Below, one piece after another: positions 9,436 to 17,179 of a stretch of DNA of 32,000 nucleotides. Both the position numbers and the translations under genes were made by a program. Source of the stretch: Ktedonobacterales bacterium (GTDB lineage Bacteria > Chloroflexota > Ktedonobacteria > Ktedonobacterales > JADMIN01); contig CP126532.1 of assembly GCA_030167145.1 (NCBI GenBank), forward strand, positions 4,140,001 through 4,172,000, written 5' to 3'. Under the pieces are notes generated by a model, which made no database searches, was not told where the DNA came from, and saw only the letters and a list, made by a program, of their open reading frames with translations. Positions within the stretch are counted from its first letter, which is position 1; every line of letters starts with the position of its first letter.

Positions 9436-9572
9436 GGGTTCTCCCGATGAAATGTAATCTGGATGATAGTGAGGGCAGAGAGATTGTCGCGCAGGCAGGG
9501 GCGTTTGTCCAGCCTTCCGCTGGGTTGATGGAATGATGCAGAAGGATTGTAGGCTGCTCTTAGGTGGTTTTC

Positions 9573-9604
9573 TTGACAAATCTTGTGTGTCGGTATGCTA
9601 TACT
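9573..9604 (+). promoter_or_regulatory. Candidate promoter for lgt (extended -10)
   Basis: TTGACA (9573-9578) and TG-C-TATACT (TG 9596-9597, TATACT 9599-9604). The 20-nt spacing to the -35 is long, but the extended -10 is good. Confidence 0.4.
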
Positions 9605-9680
9605 TGCGGCAAGCTGGTACTGGGTTGCGTATGGCGTGGTCCGCTCAGGGGCGGGAATGCGGTTGGAAAGGGGCCTCAGC

Positions 9681-10445
9681 ATGTATCCGTGGCTGCATAT
9701 CGGGGCGGTGCAAATCTCAACGTACTCGCTGTGTTTTCTGGCCGCGTATATCGTGGGCGGGCTGGTGACCTACGCAGAAGCGAAGCGCCAGCATCGCGCA
9801 ACGGAGGAAGTGCTGCAAGTGGCGCTGGGCGCGCTGGCTGGCGGACTCATCGGCGCGAAACTAAGTATGCTGATCTTCCTGGGGCCAGCGACGTTCATCA
9901 AGGATCTGCCCTATCTGGTCTACAGTGGGCAGGCGTGGACTGGCGGCTTCTTCGGCGGATACGCGGGCGTGCTGCTGGTGAAGCGGTGGCGGAAGATTCG
10001 CTACGCGACGGGCGATATTTTCGTTCTGGCGATTCCGCTGGCGCAGGCGATTGGGCGGCTGGGAAATCTGCTCGGCGGCGATCCGTTCGGCCTGCCAAGC
10101 ACGCTGCCGTGGGCCATCATGCAGCATGGGGTGCGCCGCCAGCCGTCCGCGCTCTACGAGTTAGTGCTGGATCTGGCGTTGTTCGTGGTGATCTGGCGGC
10201 TGCGCGACAAGCTGCCGCGTGCGGGCGATCTCTTCAACCTCTATGTGGTGAGCTACTGCTCTTTGCGTTTTCTGGTGGATTTCACGCGCGCTGACCCGCG
10301 TGTGCTGTTTGGGCTGACGATGGTGCAGATCCTCTATGCCTTGGCGATACCGACGTTCGGCTATAAGCTGTGGCGATCGTTCCGCGCGGCGCGGCTGGCG
10401 AAACGGGCGCAGCCGCAAGCGCAATCCGCACTTGAAGCGGCGTAA
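9681..10445 (+). CDS. lgt: Prolipoprotein diacylglyceryl transferase
   Basis: Track ORF 9564..10445 trimmed to ATG 9681 (MYPWLHIGAVQISTYSLCFLAAYIV); ATG 9657 is an alternative start. Lgt signature: LAQAIGRLGNLLGGDPFGLPSTLPWAI. It is polytopic. Confidence 0.85.
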   Translation: MYPWLHIGAVQISTYSLCFLAAYIVGGLVTYAEAKRQHRATEEVLQVALGALAGGLIGAKLSMLIFLGPATFIKDLPYLVYSGQAWTGGFFGGYAGVLLVKRWRKIRYATGDIFVLAIPLAQAIGRLGNLLGGDPFGLPSTLPWAIMQHGVRRQPSALYELVLDLALFVVIWRLRDKLPRAGDLFNLYVVSYCSLRFLVDFTRADPRVLFGLTMVQILYALAIPTFGYKLWRSFRAARLAKRAQPQAQSALEAA

Positions 10446-10523
10446 CGCTGTCTTCTGCCTCGCCTCTTGTCCCACGCTGGATGTGGAAATGGTAACGATG
10501 AGCGGAAAGTGAGCTAGAGGCCA

Positions 10524-11105
10524 ATGCGAGAATGTCCAAGCTGTGGATTTGCCAATCCAGAGAACGTGGTGCGTTGCCAGCAGTGCGGCCGCCCATTGCC
10601 AATGGCGCGGGAAGAGGCTCCGCCGCCAGTGAGTACGCCAGGTGCTCCACCCCCAGATACATCACTGCCGCCTCCGCCTGCGATGCCAACGGTGGCGCCC
10701 ACCCCGCCGCCGGTGTTGCCGCCCCCACCGCCGCCAACCTATCCCTATGGCGCGCCACCCGCGCGCCCGCCGATTCCGATGCAGCCAAGGGCCGGGCAAC
10801 GAGGGGGACGGCGGCAGTATTTTTTGGGGTTGGGGCTAGGACTCATTCCGTTGCTGCTGGCGCTGATCGGCGTGGGGTTTGCCGCGCAGTCAAATAATGT
10901 GGCGGCAAGCAACGCCGCGAGTGTGCTGTTGCTGGTGGCGCTGGTGGGCTATATCGCCGAGTTCATTGGCATGATTGTGTGTCTATCGCTGGCGCGGGTG
11001 CGGTCGGTCGGCTACGGGCTGCTGACGATGGTAGTGGCAACGCCGGTGATCGCGGTGATTAGTTGCTTCGCGGTGCTCTTTTCAAGCGCGCCGGTTGGGG
11101 GCTAG
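10524..11105 (+). CDS. Zinc-ribbon / poly-proline linker / multi-TM membrane protein, unknown function
   Basis: Zinc ribbon: MRECPSCGFANPENVVRCQQCGRPL (CxxC...CxxC). It is followed by a Pro-rich stretch of about 60 aa and then three predicted TM helices. SD AGAGG lies upstream. The C-terminal TM block is paralogous to the next gene. Confidence 0.7.
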   Translation: MRECPSCGFANPENVVRCQQCGRPLPMAREEAPPPVSTPGAPPPDTSLPPPPAMPTVAPTPPPVLPPPPPPTYPYGAPPARPPIPMQPRAGQRGGRRQYFLGLGLGLIPLLLALIGVGFAAQSNNVAASNAASVLLLVALVGYIAEFIGMIVCLSLARVRSVGYGLLTMVVATPVIAVISCFAVLFSSAPVGG

Positions 11106-11210
11106 CGGGCTGGTGAGCCGCGGCGGGTTTGCGGCGTAGTAGTCGGCAAGGGGCGGAGAACGCGGCGACGTGTAGGTAGGTGAGACTCGCGCCTCCGGTG
11201 AGGGGGCAGT

Positions 11211-11546
11211 GTGAGTCCTGCTGACACGGAATACGCGAGGTGGTTTCGGTGGTTGTTTCTGGCGGGGATACTTCTGGGCAGCGTGCCGATGATCTTGATT
11301 CTCGTGAGCCTGCGGTTTCAGCCGATTTGCTTTGGCGCGAGCTGCGCGACCCCAGCGGCGCAGAAGAGTCAGGCGCTGGGCAGTGCGGCATTGACGATAT
11401 ACGTGACCGAGATTCCGATGACGATTGTGCTGCTGTGCATCAAGTGGGTTCGTCCAATGGGGTATGGGCTGCTCATCATGCTCTTTGTGGATCCGATTGT
11501 CTGGGTGTATAGCTGCTTCGCCGCGCTATCTCCGCCGCCAGGATAG
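11211..11546 (+). CDS. Small multi-TM membrane protein, paralog of the C-terminal half of 10524..11105
   Basis: GTG start with GAGGGGG upstream. KWVRPMGYGLLIMLFVDPIVWVYSCFAAL aligns with ARVRSVGYGLLTMVVATPVIAVISCFAVL of the upstream protein. Confidence 0.6.
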   Translation: MSPADTEYARWFRWLFLAGILLGSVPMILILVSLRFQPICFGASCATPAAQKSQALGSAALTIYVTEIPMTIVLLCIKWVRPMGYGLLIMLFVDPIVWVYSCFAALSPPPG

Positions 11547-11641
11547 AGGCTGGCGATACCGTGCAAGCGCGGATTCGTGGCAAACTGCGGTGCATGCAAA
11601 ACAGTGGCAGAGGTGTAGAGAACAAAGGGAGTGGGGAAGCA

Positions 11642-13177
11642 ATGCGGAAACGACGCGAAGTGACACCGCCAGCGCCCTTGACGGTGGCTGAGCGAGAAGT
11701 AGAAGCGATCGCGGAGGCCGATGCCATCGCGGCGCGGCCCGCGCGCAATTACATCTACCACAACTTTACCAATAGCCTCTGCCCGACCTGCCTGAAGGTG
11801 ATACAGGCGAAGGTGATTTTGCAGAACAACAAGGTCTATCTGCTGAAGACCTGCCCGGAGCACGGGCAGATGCGGACGCTGGTCTCGTCGGACGCCGAAT
11901 ACTACCTGAGCCAGGGTCAGTATAACAAGCCAGGGACGCTGCCGAAGCACTTTCAGAAGAAGGTGGAGCAGGGCTGTCCGCTGGATTGCGGACTCTGCAC
12001 CGATCACGAGCAGCATACCTGCCTGGCGCTGGTCGAGATTACCGAGGCATGCAATCTGCGCTGCCCAACCTGCTTCGCGGATTCGGATGTGGGACGGTTC
12101 TCACCGCTGGAAGAGGTCGAGCGGATGCTCGATACAGTGGTGGAGAACGAGGGCTACGCGGACGTGGTGCAGATCAGCGGCGGTGAGCCGACGATTCACC
12201 CGCAGATCTTCGAGATTCTGGAGATGGCAAAGAAGAAGCGCATTCGTGCGCTGATGCTGAACACGAACGGAGTGCGCATTGCCAAGGATGAGGAGTTCGT
12301 GCGGAATCTGAGCGCCTTCAATGGCAACTTTGAGGTGTACTTGCAGTTCGATGGCTTCCGCGAGAGCACCTATCTGGATATTCGCGGCATAGACCTGCGC
12401 GAGGTGAAGGAGAAAGCGCTCGCCAATCTGACGAAGTTTGGGATTCCCGTAAACCTGACGGCGACGATCAAACGCGGGGTGAATGACGATGAGATCGGCG
12501 AGATCGTGAAATTTGGCATCGCGCAGAAGATGGTGCGCGGCGTGACGTTCCAGCCGATTACGAATGTCGGGCGGCATGATGACTTCGATCCGCTGGACCG
12601 CACGACAGTGCCCGATGTGATTCACGCGATTGCCGAGCAGACGGGTGGGATGTTTCGCAAGTCCGATTTCGTGCCACTGCCCTGCCACAGCGACTGCATC
12701 AGCATGACCTACGCCTATGTGAAGGGCAAGAAGGTGAAGCCGCTGCCGCGCTACCTGGATGTGAAGCAATTTCTGGATGTGGTGGGCAATTCGATTAACT
12801 TCAAGGTGGACGACGCGCGGGAGGTGATTGGCTCGGCGCTGACGCGGCTCTGGTCGGCTTCTATGCCGCTGAGTACGGTGAACGCGCTGCGCGATTTCGC
12901 ATGTTGCTTGCCTACCGCGCCGCAGACGCTCGACCAGACGGAACATGGCAGTGTGCTGTATGAGAATATGTTCCGCATCGTGATTATCGCGTTCATGGAC
13001 GCATGGAACTTCGATGTGCGCTCGGCGAAGAAGTGCTGTGTGCATAACATCTTGCCGGATGGGAGCATCATTCCGTTCTGCGCCTACAACACGATTCATC
13101 GCCCGAAGTATATGAGCAAGACGCGGGACCGATTGGTGACGGTGGGCAAGCGCACGGCAGATGGGGCGCTGCTATGA
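11642..13177 (+). CDS. Radical SAM enzyme, COG1964 / MJ0619-type (archaeal tetraether-synthase Tes/GDGT-MAS-like family)
   Basis: Track ORF 11561..13177, with the likely start at ATG 11642 (GGGAGTGGGGAAG upstream). N-terminal rubredoxin-like knuckle: CPTC...CPEHG. Extra cluster motif: GCPLDCGLCTDHEQHTC. Radical SAM motif: CNLRCPTC (12050-12073). C-terminal: KKCCVHNILPDGSIIPFCAYN. The family call is from remembered motifs only. Confidence 0.8.
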   Translation: MRKRREVTPPAPLTVAEREVEAIAEADAIAARPARNYIYHNFTNSLCPTCLKVIQAKVILQNNKVYLLKTCPEHGQMRTLVSSDAEYYLSQGQYNKPGTLPKHFQKKVEQGCPLDCGLCTDHEQHTCLALVEITEACNLRCPTCFADSDVGRFSPLEEVERMLDTVVENEGYADVVQISGGEPTIHPQIFEILEMAKKKRIRALMLNTNGVRIAKDEEFVRNLSAFNGNFEVYLQFDGFRESTYLDIRGIDLREVKEKALANLTKFGIPVNLTATIKRGVNDDEIGEIVKFGIAQKMVRGVTFQPITNVGRHDDFDPLDRTTVPDVIHAIAEQTGGMFRKSDFVPLPCHSDCISMTYAYVKGKKVKPLPRYLDVKQFLDVVGNSINFKVDDAREVIGSALTRLWSASMPLSTVNALRDFACCLPTAPQTLDQTEHGSVLYENMFRIVIIAFMDAWNFDVRSAKKCCVHNILPDGSIIPFCAYNTIHRPKYMSKTRDRLVTVGKRTADGALL

Positions 13178-14073
13178 ACAGTTTGGTGAATTCGGCGCTG
13201 CCGTGGCAGGGGGTGCTGTTCTTTCCGGGGCTGCTGATATTCATCGGAGTGCTGCTCTTCAGCACGGCGACGCTAGCGTTCTATGTGAAGCAATCGCTGT
13301 CATTCACGCGGCTGCGCACGGTGTTCACGCGGCGGCCAGGGCTGACGGGGAATGCGCTGGGGGCGCTGCTGGGCGCGGCGACGCCGTTCTGCACCTGCAC
13401 GGCGGTGCCGCTATTCCTGGGGATGCTGGAGGTGGAGACGCCACTGGGGCCAGCGGTGTCGTTCTTGCTGGCCTCGCCGACGATCAACCTGGGGGCGATT
13501 CTGCTGCTGTTTGTGGTCTTCGGCTGGCGCATTGCGCTGTTCTACGCGGTGGCGTGCGTGCTGGCGGCGGTGGTGGTGGGCTGGGCGCTGGGGCGCGTCG
13601 GGCCGGAAGGAGCGCTACGGGATTATCTGTGGATCGAGGAGGGTGAACCTACACTAGGATCGCGGAAACTGGCGGCAAAGAAGGCGGCGGCGCTGGGTCG
13701 GCAACTCACGCGGAAGCTGCTGCCGTGGCTGGCGCTGGCGACGCTGGCGGGTATCATAATTGACATGCTGGTGCCGACGGCGAGCGTGGCGCACATTGGG
13801 GCGCTGGGCGTCGGACTGGGGGTGCCGCTGGCGGCGCTGCTGGGCAGCGTGATCTATGCCGATATTCTGCTGTTGATTCCGATTGGCTTCGCGCTGATCC
13901 AGCATGGCGCGCCCGTGCCAGTAGTGCTGACGTTCATGCTGGCGGCGTCGGGGATGAGCCTGCCAGAACTGGTGATTTTGGGACGGATACTGCGGCCACG
14001 GCTGGTGGTGCTGTTCGTGGTGGCGACGCTGGCGCTGTATATGCTGCTGGGCTTCGGATTCATGGCGATTTGA
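13174..14073 (+). CDS. Permease, ArsP_1 / DUF318 family (vicinal CxC motif)
   Basis: ATG 13174 overlaps the upstream TGA (ATGA, 13174-13177). The protein is polytopic. The family hallmark GAATPFCTCTAVPLFLGM is followed by ASPTINLGAI. Confidence 0.8.
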   Translation: MNSLVNSALPWQGVLFFPGLLIFIGVLLFSTATLAFYVKQSLSFTRLRTVFTRRPGLTGNALGALLGAATPFCTCTAVPLFLGMLEVETPLGPAVSFLLASPTINLGAILLLFVVFGWRIALFYAVACVLAAVVVGWALGRVGPEGALRDYLWIEEGEPTLGSRKLAAKKAAALGRQLTRKLLPWLALATLAGIIIDMLVPTASVAHIGALGVGLGVPLAALLGSVIYADILLLIPIGFALIQHGAPVPVVLTFMLAASGMSLPELVILGRILRPRLVVLFVVATLALYMLLGFGFMAI

Positions 14074-14139
14074 TGCGAGAGAAGCGGTTGAACCAGCGCA
14101 TCCGCGCGAAGAAGCAGCGAACCTGACTGGTGTGGCGTT

Positions 14140-14168
14140 TTGACAACTTCGGCCCAGGGTAATACACT
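14140..14168 (+). promoter_or_regulatory. Candidate promoter for grpE-dnaJ
   Basis: TTGACA (14140-14145), a 17-nt spacer, then TACACT (14163-14168). This would leave a 5' UTR of about 160 nt before ATG 14332. Confidence 0.4.
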
Positions 14169-14331
14169 GCTTGTGCGATTTGATGCGCTCGCCGGAATTG
14201 CCCAGCACGTGCGGTGGATATGACACGCTGGCGTATACTGGCACTATGAGCGGAAATGGGCCGGTTAGGGAAACCCTATCGGCGGCATACACGTATGTTC
14301 AGAAGCGTGATAGATATTCAGGAGTGTTGTC

Positions 14332-14892
14332 ATGGCAGACCCGAACGAGCCGATGGACCAGCAAGAACCGCAGATGCAAGACGATACGGAGGCTGCTGGC
14401 GTGTCCGACTCTCCCAGCGGGGGCGCCAGCGGTGAGGCGCTGCTCCAGGCGGCGCGCGAAGAGGCAGCGCAGTACAAAGATAAGTATTTGCGCGGTTTGG
14501 CCGAGATGGATAACTTCCGCAAGCGCCAGGAGCGCCTCGCTGCCGACCGCACAGAGCGGGCGAAACGCGATCTGCTGGTCAAAATCCTGGATGTGATAGA
14601 TAACCTCGACCGCGCTATGCGCTTTGAGGAGACGATGGACCGGGCGGCGCTGGCGCAGACGCTGCGAATGATGCAGTGGCAACTGAACGAGGTGCTCAAG
14701 AATGAAGGCCTGGCCGCCGTCGCGACGGTAGGCGAGCCGTTCGATCCACGGCTGCATGAGGCGGTTGAATCAGTGGCCTCCGACGAACATCCAGAGGGTA
14801 CGGTGGTGGATGAGGTGCGCAAGGGGTACACCATCGGCACAGATCTACTGCGCCCCGCGCGCGTAACAGTGAGCGACGGCTCGAACGCCTAG
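14332..14892 (+). CDS. grpE: Nucleotide exchange factor GrpE
   Basis: YKDKYLRGLAEMDNFRKRQERLAADRTERAKRDLLVKILDVIDNLDRAM and the C-terminal beta domain GYTIGTDLLRPARVTVS. SD AGGAG lies upstream. Confidence 0.93.
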   Translation: MADPNEPMDQQEPQMQDDTEAAGVSDSPSGGASGEALLQAAREEAAQYKDKYLRGLAEMDNFRKRQERLAADRTERAKRDLLVKILDVIDNLDRAMRFEETMDRAALAQTLRMMQWQLNEVLKNEGLAAVATVGEPFDPRLHEAVESVASDEHPEGTVVDEVRKGYTIGTDLLRPARVTVSDGSNA

Positions 14893-14913
14893 CGCTCTGG
14901 CGAGAGCTGGCTG

Positions 14914-15954
14914 ATGGCAGCGAAAGACTATTACAAGACACTTGGCGTTGACAAACGCGCCTCGGCGGACGAGATCAAGAAGGCGTACCGCAAGCTGGCG
15001 CGCAAATATCATCCTGATGTCAATCCAGGCAATAAAGCGGCTGAGGCGCATTTCAAAGAGATCAACGAGGCGTATGAGGCGCTCTCTGACCCTGAGAAGC
15101 GTCGCCAGTACGATCTACTTGGCCCGAATTGGCAGGAGATGCAGGGCGGCTTTGGTGGCGCACCACCGCGCACCCGCCCCTACACCACGGGGGGAACCAC
15201 GCGCGGCACTGGCACGGGCACGGCTGGGTATGATTTCGCCGATCCGACAGGCTTTTCGGATTTCTTCGATACGCTCTTTGGCCGCCGTGGCTCATCTACA
15301 ACTACCACCGGCGCGGGTGGGCGGACGGCGCAAGGCACGGGCACGCAACGCGGCGCGGACATCGAGCAGCCAGTGGAGATCACCTTGCGCGAAGCCTATA
15401 CCGGCGCGGCACGCTCGTATACGGTGGATATGCAGGAAACGTGCGCCACGTGCCAGGGAACGGGCAAAGTTGGCTCGCGCACGTGCTCAGTCTGCGGCGG
15501 TACGGGGATGGTGACGCGCTCGAAGCGACTGGATGTGCGTATTCCGCCAGGCGTGGATACGGGCGCGCGCGTGAAGGTCGCGGGCGAGGGGCAGCCAGGA
15601 GTCGGCAACGGGCCGCGCGGTGATCTGTATCTCATCGTCACGGTGAAGCCTGATGCGCAGTTTGAGCGCAAGGGCGACGATCTGACGGTTGACGTGGCCG
15701 TACCATTGACGATGGTGGTGCTTGGCGGCGAGGCGGCGGTGCCATTGCTTGATGGCAAGCGGCTGCTGCTGACCATTCCGCCAGAAACGCAGAACGGGCA
15801 AACGTTCCGTCTCTCTGGCAAAGGCATGCCACACGAGAAAGGCGGCGGAGCGGGCAATCTCTATGCGCGGGTGCAGGTGGTGCTGCCGCGCAAGCTGACG
15901 CCGCGTGAGCGAGAACTCTTCGAGGAATTGGCACGGCAGCGGCAGGCAAGTTGA
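14914..15954 (+). CDS. dnaJ: DnaJ-family co-chaperone with a reduced (two-repeat) zinc-finger region
   Basis: J-domain: [37 protein letters not shown] Gly/Thr/Phe-rich linker follows. Only two CxxCxGxG repeats are present ([16 protein letters not shown]; 15442-15507). C-terminal substrate-binding domains are present. Confidence 0.9.
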   Translation: MAAKDYYKTLGVDKRASADEIKKAYRKLARKYHPDVNPGNKAAEAHFKEINEAYEALSDPEKRRQYDLLGPNWQEMQGGFGGAPPRTRPYTTGGTTRGTGTGTAGYDFADPTGFSDFFDTLFGRRGSSTTTTGAGGRTAQGTGTQRGADIEQPVEITLREAYTGAARSYTVDMQETCATCQGTGKVGSRTCSVCGGTGMVTRSKRLDVRIPPGVDTGARVKVAGEGQPGVGNGPRGDLYLIVTVKPDAQFERKGDDLTVDVAVPLTMVVLGGEAAVPLLDGKRLLLTIPPETQNGQTFRLSGKGMPHEKGGGAGNLYARVQVVLPRKLTPRERELFEELARQRQAS

Positions 15955-15961
15955 GATGTGG

Positions 15962-16495
15962 TTACGCCGGGCGGAAGGTTACCGCTGAATAGATTTCGCC
16001 GAGGAATCGGCTGGGTACGCGCGCCAGCAGTTGAGTGTCGCGGAAGCCGTTCTCCTGGGAAAGATGCTGCCAGGTGGGATACGACAGCGGATGAGGAACC
16101 CAGGGATTGCCACGGTCGGCGTTGTATTCCACCAGGAGCAATCTGCCGCCAGGGAGCAGATAGGCGCGCACACGGGCCAGCACCTCCGCTTTCTGGCGCA
16201 CGAAGTGCAGCGAGTTGGCCATGACGAGGCCGTCGAGCGGTGGCAGAGCCAGCGGGTGCGTGAAGTCTGCCGCGAGGTAGTGCATGGTCGTCGCGGGGAA
16301 GCGGGCGCGCATAGCCTGCTCTTGCTCGCGCAGCGCGCGGGCGTCTTTATCTACTGAGTAGATTGTGGCGCCAGGACCAAGCAGGTCGGCGAGCGCCAGC
16401 GTGAAGGCGCCCGCGCCCGCTCCCAGATCGGCCCAGACGCCGCCAGACGCAGGGATGCCCGCGCGCAGAAGGGCGACGTGATCGGCGTGGTCCAT
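15962..16495 (-). CDS. Class I SAM-dependent methyltransferase
   Basis: Motif I: VWADLGAGAGAFTLALADLL. 177 aa. It starts 19 nt downstream of marR on the same strand, so it is likely co-transcribed. Confidence 0.8.
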   Translation of the reverse strand: MDHADHVALLRAGIPASGGVWADLGAGAGAFTLALADLLGPGATIYSVDKDARALREQEQAMRARFPATTMHYLAADFTHPLALPPLDGLVMANSLHFVRQKAEVLARVRAYLLPGGRLLLVEYNADRGNPWVPHPLSYPTWQHLSQENGFRDTQLLARVPSRFLGEIYSAVTFRPA

Positions 16496-16514
16496 GCGTC
16501 CTCCCTGGCCAGAG

Positions 16515-16967
16515 CTAGCTCAGTGAGCGGTCGAGCTTGCGGAGCAATCTACCGAGCTGCCGCTGCTCATCGGGGGTGAGCGCCGCGAGCAAACGGGCGA
16601 TCTCTGCCTCATGTGTGGGTACCATCTGCTCATAGAGCCGGTGGCCAGTTTCGGTGAGGTAGAGGCGGTTGGCGCGACCATCCTGTCTGCGCTCAACGAT
16701 ACCGTCGCGCGCCATGCGATCCAGAAGCTGGCAGACGTTGCCTTTGGTTACTTGAAGCCGGTCAGCCAATTCTTGCTGCATCATCCCTTCGGCGTGCCCC
16801 ACCTGCGCGAGGACATCGAACTGGGCCATGCTGAGTTCGTCGCAGCGCAACTGCGCCGTCAGCGCGTGCTCGATTTTGTGGAATGCGCGTACCAGCCGCA
16901 GCCACGTTGGCACTGCGGCGGAGAACGTCTGGGTGTCGGGTTGTCTGGTGTGTCTGTCTACTCTCAT
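16515..16967 (-). CDS. MarR family transcriptional regulator
   Basis: Winged-helix region: SMAQFDVLAQVGHAEGMMQQELADRLQVTKGNVCQLLDRMARDGIVERRQDGRANRLYLTETG. Confidence 0.85.
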   Translation of the reverse strand: MRVDRHTRQPDTQTFSAAVPTWLRLVRAFHKIEHALTAQLRCDELSMAQFDVLAQVGHAEGMMQQELADRLQVTKGNVCQLLDRMARDGIVERRQDGRANRLYLTETGHRLYEQMVPTHEAEIARLLAALTPDEQRQLGRLLRKLDRSLS

Positions 16968-16973
16968 GTCTTC

Positions 16974-16989
16974 AGTTTACTACTAAACT
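16974..16989. promoter_or_regulatory. Inverted repeat, candidate MarR operator
   Basis: AGTTTA-CTAC-TAAACT is a perfect 6-bp inverted repeat starting 7 nt upstream of the marR start codon. It lies in an AT-richer divergent intergenic region. Confidence 0.35.
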
Positions 16990-17079
16990 ATCACACACGT
17001 CAAGTGACGCGCAACGGCGAATCCGCGCAGATGAGATGCATGTGTCTGCAGCATTGTTCTACCACATTTCCGTGCTTTT

Positions 17080-17144
17080 GGTTTGTGCTCACAGTTTTTC
17101 ACCTTTGCGGTTTGATACGCGCGGCATATCGGTATGGTTTGTGC
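17080..17144 (+). repeat. Three spaced direct repeats GGTTTG(T/A)
   Basis: GGTTTGTGC at 17080, GGTTTGATA at 17109 and GGTTTGTGC at 17136. Spacings are 29 and 27 bp. The repeats lie 36-100 nt upstream of ATG 17180. Confidence 0.3.
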
Positions 17145-17179
17145 GGACAACATGCTTGAGAGACCGTTGAGGTAGCAGC

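Noticed and set aside
14169-14331. CIRCE (HrcA) or HAIR (HspR) heat-shock operator in the grpE 5' region.
   Set aside because: There is no TTAGCACTC-N9-GAGTGCTAA or CTTGAGT-N7-ACTCAAG-like inverted repeat. Only a 5-bp TAGGG/CCCTA hairpin is present.
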